From an uncultured bacterium (lineage in GTDB: Bacteria > Babelota > Babeliae > Babelales > Vermiphilaceae): a DNA stretch of 64,000 bases. This document shows positions 1-10,874 of the stretch, one piece after another. Both the position numbers and the translations under genes were made by a program. The DNA lies in the NCBI GenBank assembly GCA_963707655.1, contig OY970172.1:128001-192000 (forward strand), written 5' to 3'. The stretch's first letter is position 1; every line of letters starts with the position of its first letter. Below the pieces are notes generated by a model. The model did not search any database. It saw only the letters and a program-made list of their open reading frames with translations, and was not told where the DNA came from.

Positions 1-1
1 T

Positions 2-352
2 GAAGGCGCTCACCAGCTGTTTAATGCCTGAATATACGGGCCGTACAAGGGGTATTCTAAAAATGAACGATTCAACAAAATGTATAATACGATCGAGTAA
101 AAATATCTTGATCAGCATGCCAAACGCAATAATAATCGAGAAGGCGATGATAAGCTCGGCATAAGGAATTGCCTTAAGAAAAGCGGGCTCAAAGTATTTG
201 AGGGGTTGTAGCCAGCGCACCAGCCCTTTAAATACTAGATTAAAGAGAGCAACGGTGAGTGCTAAAGGCAAGAGGGTGATGAGACCGGCTAAAAAAATGT
301 GCCAAATAAAGCTGCTTATTGTCTGCAACAGACTATTGATCTTTTTGGTCAT
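2..352 (-). CDS. DUF502-family membrane protein (5' part; runs off the window edge)
   Basis: Manual translation from ATG at 352: MTKKINSLLQTISSFIWHIFLAGLITLLPLALTV...FRIPLVRPVYSGIKQLVSAF. FLAGL..LLP and RIPLV..VY..IKQ match the DUF502 pattern. Not in the ORF track. Confidence 0.7.
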   Translation of the reverse strand, partial: MTKKINSLLQTISSFIWHIFLAGLITLLPLALTVALFNLVFKGLVRWLQPLKYFEPAFLKAIPYAELIIAFSIIIAFGMLIKIFLLDRIIHFVESFIFRIPLVRPVYSGIKQLVSAF

Positions 353-373
353 AATACCTGTTCCTTTTTGATT

Positions 374-1708
374 CTATGAAAGTTGTTGTTGTAATAAATC
401 AGCAAGTCCATGTGCCACACGTAATGCATGTTCTTTTGTTTCATCTTCGACCATAATACGTAGAAGATTCTCAGTTCCTGAATAACGCACCACAATGCGG
501 CCAGCTTTTAAAAGCTTTTCATGGAGCGTAATAATATTTTGTATGATTGGATTAGTTAAATCTTTTTTTATGGCAATGGGCACATTGAGTAAAATCTGTG
601 GATATTTAGTGAAAGAGTGCATATCCCAATTATCAGTTTCATTAAGAATTTGAGCAAGACGCAGGGCAGTAAAAATTCCGTCACTGACCTCTAAATAATC
701 CCTGAGAATAATGTGACCCGCCGGTTCACCACCCAATAAAAGATTATGTTGCGCCATTTCTGCCAATACATATTTATCCCCAACGGCAGTGCGTGTTAGG
801 GTCTTGTTGTGTTGCCTTAAAAAATCTTCAAATCCTTTGTTGCTCATTATGGTGCCTACCACACTCTGGCATGATGAATAGATAGTGCTTGCCAGAAGCA
901 TAGCCATAATGTCATCACCATCTTTTATTTCTCCGTATCTTGATACAACGGTAATCCGATCGCCGTCACCGTCAAAAGCGAAGCCGGCATCAGCATTGTT
1001 TTCGAGCACTGCTTGTTGCAATTGTTGCGGATAGACAGCCCCATTGTGATCATTAATATTTTTTCCATTGGGTTGATTGTTGATAACAATGAGCTCTGCG
1101 CCGAGCTTTTCAAATATAGTCGGGGCGACTTGATAGGTTGCACCATGGGCGCAATCAATAATAATTTTTTTTCCCTGCAATAAAGAGGGGGTAAATAAAT
1201 TGACCATTATATCGCTATAGGTCTGAGCAGCATCGGGGAGCCATTGCAGTGTTCCGCATCTGCCATAATCTAATTGCGCATCATCACTTTTATTAAAAAG
1301 CATGCTGATGCACGTTTCATCATCAGGGCTAATTTTGCTGTTGTCTGCATCGATAATTTTAATGCCATTGTCCTGATAGGGGTTATGCGATGCAGAAATA
1401 ATAATACTGCAGTTGATGAAAGGATTTTTTTTTGCCAAGAGATGCGCCCCGGGTGTTGGCAAAACTTGTGCATCGTAAACAGTGATTGGTGAAAGTAAAA
1501 GGCCGGTTTCAAGTGATGCTTTGATATAATCACATGAATTGCGAGTGTCATGCGCTATAAGAATAATCGGCGACGACCCATATTTTTTTTCTGCCCATTG
1601 TGCAATAGCTCTGCCAAGCTTGGGTAAATCTTGGTGACAAATAGGAGCTGTCCCCACTGTTTTGCGAATGCCGTCAGTGCCAAAAATAGCTTGATATGAG
1701 GTATTCAT
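374..1708 (-). CDS. glmM: Phosphoglucosamine mutase
   Basis: FGTDGIR, SASHNP, FDGDGDR, VGDKYV and RYSGTE motifs; lies downstream of a cdaA/cdaR-like pair. Confidence 0.9.
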   Translation of the reverse strand: MNTSYQAIFGTDGIRKTVGTAPICHQDLPKLGRAIAQWAEKKYGSSPIILIAHDTRNSCDYIKASLETGLLLSPITVYDAQVLPTPGAHLLAKKNPFINCSIIISASHNPYQDNGIKIIDADNSKISPDDETCISMLFNKSDDAQLDYGRCGTLQWLPDAAQTYSDIMVNLFTPSLLQGKKIIIDCAHGATYQVAPTIFEKLGAELIVINNQPNGKNINDHNGAVYPQQLQQAVLENNADAGFAFDGDGDRITVVSRYGEIKDGDDIMAMLLASTIYSSCQSVVGTIMSNKGFEDFLRQHNKTLTRTAVGDKYVLAEMAQHNLLLGGEPAGHIILRDYLEVSDGIFTALRLAQILNETDNWDMHSFTKYPQILLNVPIAIKKDLTNPIIQNIITLHEKLLKAGRIVVRYSGTENLLRIMVEDETKEHALRVAHGLADLLQQQLS

Positions 1709-1757
1709 TGATGTTTTTCCCTTAAAGCGCTGATAGTATCTTTTTTCAAAACAGTGA

Positions 1758-2144
1758 TTAGCTGGTTAATTCAGCGGTATCAATGGTAATTACTGTCGGA
1801 CAATAGTGTACCAGCTTAATTATCTCCGGTAAAAACAATTTTTTTTCATTCATGATCAGTGGCTGCTCACCAACATGCAATTCTTGACCATTAATGTGAA
1901 TGGCCAGGCGGCTGGAGTCAAGTTGATCAAGATGTTTTCTTTTCCCTTGTAATGATATGGCAACTGTTTCCGGCGCATTGATGTGATATGTTGGGGGGAG
2001 ATTATAAAAACACAGGTGAGCTTCGTGGGTGATGGTGACTGTTTGTTGCTGGCTCATTATGCTCCACAGCGCATAACCAAGAATGGCCGATGCTACTTTA
2101 AGCGCGATGTTGTTGGCCAATGCCTTTTTGATTATGAGGTACAT
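1758..2144 (-). CDS. CdaR/YbbR-like protein (single short domain)
   Basis: N-terminal NNIALKVASAILGYALW anchor typical of YbbR; PETVAISLQG; sits between a cdaA-like gene and glmM. Confidence 0.65.
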   Translation of the reverse strand: MYLIIKKALANNIALKVASAILGYALWSIMSQQQTVTITHEAHLCFYNLPPTYHINAPETVAISLQGKRKHLDQLDSSRLAIHINGQELHVGEQPLIMNEKKLFLPEIIKLVHYCPTVITIDTAELTS

Positions 2145-2925
2145 ATGATCCTCCTGCTTTGCTTTGCTCTAAAATTCCCTGATATTTTTTAATTAATTTA
2201 ATCATGGTGCTCGTGTTGAGTTGCTCAAAGTGTTTTTCCTCTACAATGACGTCAAATAGGCGCTGCTCTGCGGATGCTTTAAAAATAATTGCATCAGTCT
2301 TGCTCGAGATAAAGCTGGCCTCTTGTTTCCATGCGGGCATATTGTTCTGCGCTGGAAAATGGGATTCTTGCTCCGTTAATTTCCACTCGGCGTTGATAGC
2401 CCGTAACAAGCCATTTTGTGTGATCCAGACTATTTTTTTTGATTCAAAACTGCTGTTTTCAAGAAGAAGGTCAAGCAGCCCTTTGTGCAAGGGGGCATCT
2501 ATAAAAAATCGCGTATCTAACAATTCAACCAGTGAATCCTTTTGTTCTATAACGCATAATAACTCTTTGTTATTATTCATTGCGATAAGACAGCTACGCA
2601 TGAGCGATTCCAGCCAATGCTCTTGCACAGGCGCTTGTGCAGGAATAACGTTCTTTAAAGTGATAAAGTTGCGTTGCAATGTTTCTTTGTGTAGCAAGAT
2701 GAAAATTACGGCGATGATCGGTGATCCGATAAACAAAAGGGTAGCTATTGAAGAAAGATTAAAGTGAAAAGCAGCAATGAGTGCGATGCAATAGCCATAA
2801 AAAGCAAAAAGGAGATTTTTTTGTTTATCCCCTACGAGCCAGCGAGAAAAATAGTAAATCACGGATGAAAAAAAGATGATTTCAATTGCATCATGCCAAT
2901 TGATAATGGTGATAATGAATGCCAT
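2098..2925 (-). CDS. CdaA-like membrane diadenylate cyclase homolog with degenerate catalytic motifs
   Basis: Three N-terminal TM helices, then DisA_N-like scaffold segments (LCVIEQKDSL, IDAPL..LL, ISSKTDAII). DGA and RHR motifs are absent. Canonical cdaA-cdaR-glmM order. Confidence 0.7.
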   Translation of the reverse strand: MAFIITIINWHDAIEIIFFSSVIYYFSRWLVGDKQKNLLFAFYGYCIALIAAFHFNLSSIATLLFIGSPIIAVIFILLHKETLQRNFITLKNVIPAQAPVQEHWLESLMRSCLIAMNNNKELLCVIEQKDSLVELLDTRFFIDAPLHKGLLDLLLENSSFESKKIVWITQNGLLRAINAEWKLTEQESHFPAQNNMPAWKQEASFISSKTDAIIFKASAEQRLFDVIVEEKHFEQLNTSTMIKLIKKYQGILEQSKAGGSYVPHNQKGIGQQHRA

Positions 2926-3117
2926 GCATGCTCCTTGATCTAGGTATTTTCTATTTCCGGTTTATCCTAACATACGTGAATAATTGAAAGTCAATATTAT
3001 GGCTATATAATGCATGGCAATTTGTTTTTCATGAGCAATGCTTTATACTACTTCAAGGTGATAATGGTGATCTAAAGACCATTGTAAAATATGTAGATTT
3101 GATTGAGAGGGAATTAA

Positions 3118-4146
<1,029 letters not shown>

Positions 4147-4150
4147 TTTT

Positions 4151-6406
4151 TTATACGGCCGATACAAATGAGGCAGCTATTTTCTTTGTTCCTGTTTTGA
4201 ATGAAATGGTCAGATACACGGTGTCTGGCCCTTTTGCTTCTATCTCTTTTACAATACCAATACCAAAAGTTTGATGTTTTACCGGTTGGTTTTTTTTCCA
4301 GACGGTGGCAGGCGTAATAGTTTTTTCTGTTGCCGTTGCTTTCTCAGTCGCCTGTTTGGGTGAAAAGGTATACACCGGTGCAGCGGTTGCTTCTTGAGCG
4401 CGTGTATTGCCAAGCCATTCATTAAAAAAAGTGCTGAGCTGACTGCTGTGCCAATGAGAAACATCATTCAGGCAGAGAAGATGAGGGGGGATTTCTCTTA
4501 AGAAACGTGAGGGGCGTTGATCGCTCATGCTGCCAAAAGAATAGCGATAGCGACTATGGGTGAGCAACAGATATTCGCGTGCACGCGTAATGCCAACATA
4601 GAGCAAGCGGCGCTCTTCTTCGATCGCATCTTCGTCGGCGAGAGAGCGGTTGCTGGGCAATAAGCCCTCTTCAAAACCGGCAATTACTACTAGATCAAAT
4701 TCGAGTCCTTTGGCCGCATGCAATGTCATGAGCAAGACCGGATTTGTTTGCTGTGTTTCATTTGATTTGTAATGCTCCTGCATAAGAGCAATTTCATCAA
4801 GAAGTTGTGCGATAGTATTGATTCCCTTTTCTTCAAAATGGACAACCGCATTGAGCAATTCTTTAATGTTATCGAGCCGCGCCAGTGATTCTTCTGAATC
4901 ATACGCTTCCTTAAGATGGGCGCGATAGCCGCTGGCACTTATGATATGAGATATCGCTTTTGAGGGCAGTGTATTTTGTACAAGTTCTTCAAATATTTTT
5001 AAAAAAGCGGTTACCGTATCCTTCTTTGCATTGGGAAGAAGGCCATTATCAATTAGTTTATGCGCTACATCAGTAAAGGTGAGGAATGGTTCATTATTCC
5101 ACAGCTCGTGAAATTGTTCTTCAAATTTTGCTCCCAATCCGCGTAGGGGAACATTGATAATGCGGAAAAATGATGCGCGGTCAAAGGGATTAATTATCAA
5201 ACGTAGGTATGCCAAAAGATCTTTAATCTCTTTGCGTTCATAAAATTGTACACCGCCGATGATTTTATACGGTATTGAATTTTTAATGAGCCCTTCTTCT
5301 AATGTGCGCGATTGAAAGTGTGTGCGATACAATAGAGCAATGCTCTGTTCTTTGCTTTTTCTTCTTTGCGCTTTCACCAGGTGCGCAATAACTTCTGCCT
5401 CATGGTAATCAGAAAGACACGTGGTTGTTCGAATACGGTTGGTCCCGGTTTTTTCTGACCATAATTTTTTTGGATTGCGATTTTTATTATTAATAATTAC
5501 TTTATTTGCTACTTCCAGAATTGGCTGCGCTGAACGGTAATTTTGTTCGATTTTTATCAGCTCTGCTTCAGGAAAATCTTGCTTAAAGTTAATAATGTTG
5601 GCCACCGTAGCGCCGCGCCATGAATAAATTGACTGGTCCTCATCCCCCACCACACAAATTGAATCAGGTGTTGTTTCATTGCCTTCATCAATGCTCATTT
5701 GTTTGAGCAATTCGTGCTGCACAACGTTGGTATCTTGATACTCATCGACTAACAGATGGCGAACTGTTTGTTGAAATTCTTTTTTAAAGAGAGGATTTTT
5801 TTTAAATAATTTAACTGTTTCTAGCAATAAATCATCAAAATCAAGCGCTTTGCTTATCCGTTTTTCGTGTTCATAAGCCTGATAGACCGACGTAAATAAC
5901 TGATTATCGAATGAATCGTCTTGATTTGGTGATAAAGTCTGATTTTTTATGCTCGATATTTGATATGACAACTGTTTAGCCGTAACCTTTTTATTCAGGT
6001 TATTGCGCGTGATAATGCCTTGCAAAATTTTTTGTTGATCATCTTCATCAAGTATTGAAAGAAACGGTGTTTCAAGCAACGCATTATTTTTTTTCAATAT
6101 GCGCAAACAATATGAATGAAACGTGCCAATAAAAGGCAGCTCCCTGCTGTTTCCCAAAAACAGCTCTATGCGTTCTCTCATCTCTTTGGCCGCTTTGTTA
6201 GTAAAGGTGAGTGCAATGATTGCTGATGCTGCGACCTGCTGATTGAGAATGAGATGCGCGATGCGCGCAGTAATTACCCGTGTTTTGCCTGATCCGGCGC
6301 CGGCGATTACCAGCAAAACACCATTGTGTTTAACAACTGCTTCGCGCTGTTCTTGATTAAGATTTTGTGCAACAAACTGATTAAAATTTTCAATGGTGGT
6401 ATGCAT
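4151..6406 (-). CDS. pcrA: UvrD/PcrA ATP-dependent DNA helicase
   Basis: AGAGSGKT, TFTNKAA, VDEYQDTN, VGDEDQSIYSWRGA, TLHAAKGLEF, EERRLLYVGITRA; C-terminal Tudor-like HQTFGIG. Confidence 0.92.
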   Translation of the reverse strand: MHTTIENFNQFVAQNLNQEQREAVVKHNGVLLVIAGAGSGKTRVITARIAHLILNQQVAASAIIALTFTNKAAKEMRERIELFLGNSRELPFIGTFHSYCLRILKKNNALLETPFLSILDEDDQQKILQGIITRNNLNKKVTAKQLSYQISSIKNQTLSPNQDDSFDNQLFTSVYQAYEHEKRISKALDFDDLLLETVKLFKKNPLFKKEFQQTVRHLLVDEYQDTNVVQHELLKQMSIDEGNETTPDSICVVGDEDQSIYSWRGATVANIINFKQDFPEAELIKIEQNYRSAQPILEVANKVIINNKNRNPKKLWSEKTGTNRIRTTTCLSDYHEAEVIAHLVKAQRRKSKEQSIALLYRTHFQSRTLEEGLIKNSIPYKIIGGVQFYERKEIKDLLAYLRLIINPFDRASFFRIINVPLRGLGAKFEEQFHELWNNEPFLTFTDVAHKLIDNGLLPNAKKDTVTAFLKIFEELVQNTLPSKAISHIISASGYRAHLKEAYDSEESLARLDNIKELLNAVVHFEEKGINTIAQLLDEIALMQEHYKSNETQQTNPVLLMTLHAAKGLEFDLVVIAGFEEGLLPSNRSLADEDAIEEERRLLYVGITRAREYLLLTHSRYRYSFGSMSDQRPSRFLREIPPHLLCLNDVSHWHSSQLSTFFNEWLGNTRAQEATAAPVYTFSPKQATEKATATEKTITPATVWKKNQPVKHQTFGIGIVKEIEAKGPDTVYLTISFKTGTKKIAASFVSAV

Positions 6407-6516
6407 AATAATTCCGTTTCAAAAAGATATTTTGATTGTTTATAGTGTAACGGAAAAATAGACAGAGGTCTTGAAGAATTTTTATGCACAAAAAAAGCAG
6501 CTGTTATTCGGGATTA

Positions 6517-6964
6517 CTAATACCTGTGTCCTTTTTTGTCCTTGGCATATTGTTCATTTCTTATTCGGTTTGCTTCTGCATGAATCATTGCGAAATGTGT
6601 CTTTTTTAACTCTTCGTGTTTCAAAATAACGGGTTTAAGATTTGCAACGAGTTGTGTCATTTGCGAGCTGTTCAAATTTAAGCCGTCCCCTACTTGCGTT
6701 GCAAGCTTCATACCTTGTACTTCAAACTCTTGTTGCAAGATTTGGTTTGCTTCTTCTGATTCTTTTCTATCTTTCTCTAAGCTTTGTAGTGTCGCAGTAA
6801 CGGTTTTTTGGGAAGAGGCAAGTTGTTGTTCTAGTTGACCAACATAGGTATTGTTTAGAGCGACCGAGGCGAGGCTATTGACAATGGCTCGGTCATTGTT
6901 ATCATCCTCCATTGCGCCGATGGTCATTGTGCCGGATAAGGAGCAATGTTTTATTAAAATTCAT
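6517..6964 (-). CDS. Secreted coiled-coil hypothetical protein (AMED start); signal peptide split by a 1-nt frameshift
   Basis: ATG at 6964 reads MNFNKTLLL, then the frame shifts to SGTMTIGAMEDD, which is the ORF 6517..6927. The start matches the neighbour's MNFNKLSL. Confidence 0.55.
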
Positions 6965-7061
6965 TAAAAAACCTTTTTTAAAAAATGTCCTGGGGAGGTG
7001 AAAAATTTTTCATAAAATGTAAGCGCCAGAAATACTCGAGCGCTTATATTTAAATAGTATT

Positions 7062-7571
7062 TTATTGTTGCGTGTTCCATGGCCACCAAGATGATGCGGC
7101 GGTTGCCTTTGCTTTTCTAATCGCTTCATTAACATCTTGTTCAATCTGCGCTACTACGCGTTTTGATTCAACTTGTACGCGTTCTGCTTCAACTTGCTTT
7201 GACTTCTTGCTTAATCTATCAGCTTCTTTCGTGCGTCGTGCTGAAGACTTTCGAGCGCGAGCAAGGTCTTCTAAGGCTATGATTCTTTCTTGCATTGCAC
7301 GACGATCACCTATTGCTTCTGTTTTGTTCTCTAAGTACTCGGTGTAACTCTTGTAGTGCATATCTAAAGCAGCGGTACTTCTTTGAGCCAGCAGCGCTGT
7401 AAGCTCAGTTTTAGCTCTATCTTTTTCATTAGTCAGCTGTTGATGTTGCTCTGGTACAAGAATACCTTCTACAGTGCTTCTAGGTAGATCTTGTATGATT
7501 GCCGGGTCCATTGCTTTCAAGAATGGCATTGATGAGAGAAGCAAAATAAGAGACAGTTTATTGAAATTCAT
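7062..7571 (-). CDS. Secreted coiled-coil hypothetical protein (AMD start, C-terminal SSWWPW)
   Basis: Signal peptide MNFNKLSLILLLSSMPFLKA|MD; E/K/R/A/Q-rich helical body. Confidence 0.75.
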   Translation of the reverse strand: MNFNKLSLILLLSSMPFLKAMDPAIIQDLPRSTVEGILVPEQHQQLTNEKDRAKTELTALLAQRSTAALDMHYKSYTEYLENKTEAIGDRRAMQERIIALEDLARARKSSARRTKEADRLSKKSKQVEAERVQVESKRVVAQIEQDVNEAIRKAKATAASSWWPWNTQQ

Positions 7572-7637
7572 TGAGGGGTTCTTTCGAAGAAAAAGCGCTC
7601 AAAAGACTCAAGCGTTTTTTAGTGTCTGAATAATAGT

Positions 7638-8015
7638 TTATTTCCACATGCCAAAAGTTAAATAATAGCCTAACCCACGAGTCGCTGTGCTTGGGGTTTC
7701 GGTGTTTTCTTCTGCGATCTGTGATAAGCCGAGTTGATCCAATTGTTCTTTTTGATGGTTTAAGGCAGCTTCTTCCTTTTCTAATTGCTGACGTTTGGCT
7801 TCCGCGTTCGCCAGATCAATCTTAACTTGTCGGTTTTTTGCTTTGAGGGCATCCTTTATCTTTTGATCCATCACTCTGTGTGTTGTTATTAATTGGCTTA
7901 CTGAAAGATCATCAGCAAGCAGCTTGCCGGTATTAATTTGTTCTGCCTCATCCATTGCTTGTATCGCACCAACAGAAACAATTAAAGAAAGCATAAGTAT
8001 GTTTGAAGACTTCAT
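7638..8015 (-). CDS. Secreted coiled-coil hypothetical protein (AMD start, aromatic C-terminus)
   Basis: Start re-called at MKSSNILMLSLIVSVGAIQA|MDE with an AAAGGA RBS upstream; ends GLGYYLTFGMWK. Confidence 0.75.
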   Translation of the reverse strand: MKSSNILMLSLIVSVGAIQAMDEAEQINTGKLLADDLSVSQLITTHRVMDQKIKDALKAKNRQVKIDLANAEAKRQQLEKEEAALNHQKEQLDQLGLSQIAEENTETPSTATRGLGYYLTFGMWK

Positions 8016-8144
8016 AGAAATTCCTTTAATAAAAAATGATAATTTTGTGACAGACACATTTTCTAAGCGAAAGATTATTTTTGAAGAGATTAAAAAACAA
8101 GGACAAAGAAGCGCCCATGAATGAGCGCCTCTTTTAATAAAAAA

Positions 8145-8729
8145 TTATTTTACCCAGCTAAACCAGGAAGATTTTTTGACAACTTGCTTAAGATGAGCCT
8201 TTTCTTCTTTTTGTATCTTTTGTATTTCTGGAGCAAGCATTTTGAGGGCCTGTAATTGTTCTTGTAGAGCAGCAAATTCTTGCGTTTTGGCAGCTTTTTC
8301 TACGCTTTCACAATACATAGCGTATGCATTTTTAATGGGATGATATTGTTCTAATTCTTTGCCATCTTGGTCGTAAAAAGCTGTTCTCTGCAGCTCAGCA
8401 TCTAATGATTGTGTGAGGAGAATTGAAAGAGTGGCTGATAAAGCATTCTTGGCTACTTTTTTTTGAGCTAAACTTTTTTTGTATAGTTTATTTGATTGTT
8501 TTACTTTTTTAATTGTTCTCAAAAAATCGCTAATAGTTGTTTTAGTTGCCTGTTTTTCTCGGGCAGCATCTCTTTCTTCAATTTTTTTCGCCAAGGCTTC
8601 ATTCAAGGCCGCCTGTTCGGCTTGCAATGCAGTGAGCGTGCGATCTATGGTGCTTACCGTAAGATCCATAGCATACACATGTGCGCCAAGTGAAAGAAGT
8701 AAAACAAGAGAAAGTTTGCGTAGATTCAT
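8145..8729 (-). CDS. Secreted coiled-coil hypothetical protein (AMD start, C-terminal SSWFSW)
   Basis: MNLRKLSLVLLLSLGAHVYA|MD; AAAGGAG RBS; helical body. Confidence 0.75.
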   Translation of the reverse strand: MNLRKLSLVLLLSLGAHVYAMDLTVSTIDRTLTALQAEQAALNEALAKKIEERDAAREKQATKTTISDFLRTIKKVKQSNKLYKKSLAQKKVAKNALSATLSILLTQSLDAELQRTAFYDQDGKELEQYHPIKNAYAMYCESVEKAAKTQEFAALQEQLQALKMLAPEIQKIQKEEKAHLKQVVKKSSWFSWVK

Positions 8730-8867
8730 TGAGGCTCCTTTAGATAAAAAAAAGAGGTTTATTATTTTTCCTGACTAAATCGAGACTGTCGATGCTGTCT
8801 GTCTAGCTGCTAAAAAATCCCCATAATCATACACACAAAAAAATAGAAAAAGCAATCAAAAAATAAA

Positions 8868-9992
8868 TTAAGATTTGGTGGTAGAAACTTTCTGCCAGTC
8901 GAGCAAGAAGTCCAGCAGAGGTTGTATTCCCTCTTTGCTTAATGTTGAAGTGATAACAAAGGGCTCATATTTTTCCATGGCAGGCTTGAGAAAGTGAATC
9001 ATATCAACTTTATCCGCTTTGTTAAAAACATAGAGCATCTCTTTGTGTACGCCCAAATCTTCCAATATCTGGTGCACCACCGCAATGTGGGCTTCCCAGT
9101 TTGGATCTGAGATATCAATAACCTGAATGAGCAAGTCAGCATAGTGCAATTCAGAAAGAGTAGATTTAAACGCCTCAATCAAATGGTGAGGTAATTTTTG
9201 AATAAAACCAACGGTGTCGGAGATGAGACCTTTTTTCTTGCCATCAAGATAAAGCTCGCGCGTGGTAGTGTCGAGCGTTGCAAACAACTTATTTTCAGCG
9301 AGCACGTTGCTTTTGGTGAGCGCATTTAAGATGCTTGATTTTCCCGCATTGGTGTAACCAATTAAGCAAAAGAGAGGAATATTGCTTGCCAGACGTTGTT
9401 TGCGCTGTGTTTCGCGCGCTTGTTTTAAGCGCACTAATTGGCGCTTAAGTTTTAAAATACTGGTTTCAATGTGGCGGGCATCAATTTCTTTTTGTGTTTC
9501 CCCAGGTCCGGTGGTACCAATTCTTGCCCCTTGTTGGGACATATAGACACCGCGGCCAGCAAGGCGACCCTTTTTATGCTGAAACATGGCGATTTGAACT
9601 TGAAGCTTACCTTCAGCCGAATGAGAGCCTTTTTCAAAAATTTCTAAAATAAGTCGGGTACGGTCAAAAATCTGACAGTGTAAAAACTCGTTTAAATTAC
9701 GCTCTTGTTGAGCGGTCAATGGTTCTGAAATAATAATTTCTTCAAATTTTTCCTGATCACACAGCTCGCGGATCTCTTTGAGCTTGCCCAGGGTAAAGAA
9801 ATAGGTGTTATCAACTTCTCGTAATTTGATAAAAATCTCGTGGTCGTAGACAACCCCATTGGATTTCACCAGATTTTCAAACTCTTCAAAGTAAGATTGA
9901 ATGTCGGGAGTTTTGTTATAAGGAGCCTGTACACCGATAATGAGTGTTTTTGGATGTTCATTAACATCGTAGAATTTTTGTTCGCGTGCCAT
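8868..9992 (-). CDS. hflX: GTPase HflX
   Basis: DRTRLILEIF, GPGET, GYTNAGKS, LFATLDTTTR, DTVGFI, NKAD. Confidence 0.93.
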   Translation of the reverse strand: MAREQKFYDVNEHPKTLIIGVQAPYNKTPDIQSYFEEFENLVKSNGVVYDHEIFIKLREVDNTYFFTLGKLKEIRELCDQEKFEEIIISEPLTAQQERNLNEFLHCQIFDRTRLILEIFEKGSHSAEGKLQVQIAMFQHKKGRLAGRGVYMSQQGARIGTTGPGETQKEIDARHIETSILKLKRQLVRLKQARETQRKQRLASNIPLFCLIGYTNAGKSSILNALTKSNVLAENKLFATLDTTTRELYLDGKKKGLISDTVGFIQKLPHHLIEAFKSTLSELHYADLLIQVIDISDPNWEAHIAVVHQILEDLGVHKEMLYVFNKADKVDMIHFLKPAMEKYEPFVITSTLSKEGIQPLLDFLLDWQKVSTTKS

Positions 9993-10195
9993 AATACCGC
10001 TTTTTTAGATGTTTGATAGATATCAAAATAATACCCTAATTGAAAAAAATGCCAAGTCAAATTAAAAAAGAGGTTCTTTTTTGGTTCGTCGGTTAGATAA
10101 TTGCCAGATTGTTTATGAGCGCCATGCTTTGTTTTTTAGTAGGGTAATGCTAGAATAGCAATGAATAAATAAATCCCACTTTTTGAAAGTTTTTC

Positions 10196-10840
10196 ATGAA
10201 AAGAATTGTTGTTATATTTTGTTCTCTTATTGTGCCTTTCTTGGGTATGGCAGATTCTGCTGAGTGTACTTTTAATGCCGTCCAGGCAAAGGTCTTGGTT
10301 GATAAAGTTATGACCAAGTATGAGCAGGGGGTTTTTCTAGAGCATTTTAGAAAATACATAGAGAACAATGAAAATGCTGTGCAGCGTGCTCTGTCTGACT
10401 TAATGCAGAACATCAATTTGTCTGAGGATGAGCGCTATAATGCACACATGATTCTTGATCGTTATCAAGAACTGATTGCTATGGTATTTGTATACCATAC
10501 GCAAAATGCGGCGATTCAAGAAGCAAGAAAGATGCTTTTCGTAGAGAGGCTCAATGTCAGTCAATCACTATCAGCTCCTTCTCTAACAAGAGCTGATTAT
10601 GCCCGCCTCGAGCAAGAGGTGGATGCAATGCTTGCGCGTGATCCGCAATTTAGTGACTATTTTATGGCGTTAAATAAAATACAAGAACTCTATGATTGCT
10701 ATATGTCCCATGTTATGACCGCCTATCAAGAGTGGTCTGACGATATGAATGATGAGGGCTACGCGGCATTTAAGGGGCAAGAGGCGGAGATGGTAAAGAT
10801 TGCCTTTACTGCACTTGCCAGGGCACTTGAGTCTATCTAA
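10196..10840 (+). CDS. Secreted helical hypothetical protein
   Basis: Signal-peptide-like MKRIVVIFCSLIVPFLG-MAD; no recognised domain. Confidence 0.6.
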   Translation: MKRIVVIFCSLIVPFLGMADSAECTFNAVQAKVLVDKVMTKYEQGVFLEHFRKYIENNENAVQRALSDLMQNINLSEDERYNAHMILDRYQELIAMVFVYHTQNAAIQEARKMLFVERLNVSQSLSAPSLTRADYARLEQEVDAMLARDPQFSDYFMALNKIQELYDCYMSHVMTAYQEWSDDMNDEGYAAFKGQEAEMVKIAFTALARALESI

Positions 10841-10874
10841 TTTAATTAAAACTATTTTTAATGGAACTAATCTG

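Noticed and set aside
10800..10874. N-terminal extensions of ffh (and of the rplM, rseP, 55251, 58747 and 63897 ORFs)
   Set aside because: These are longest-ORF artefacts; downstream starts match family N-termini, RBS or signal peptides.
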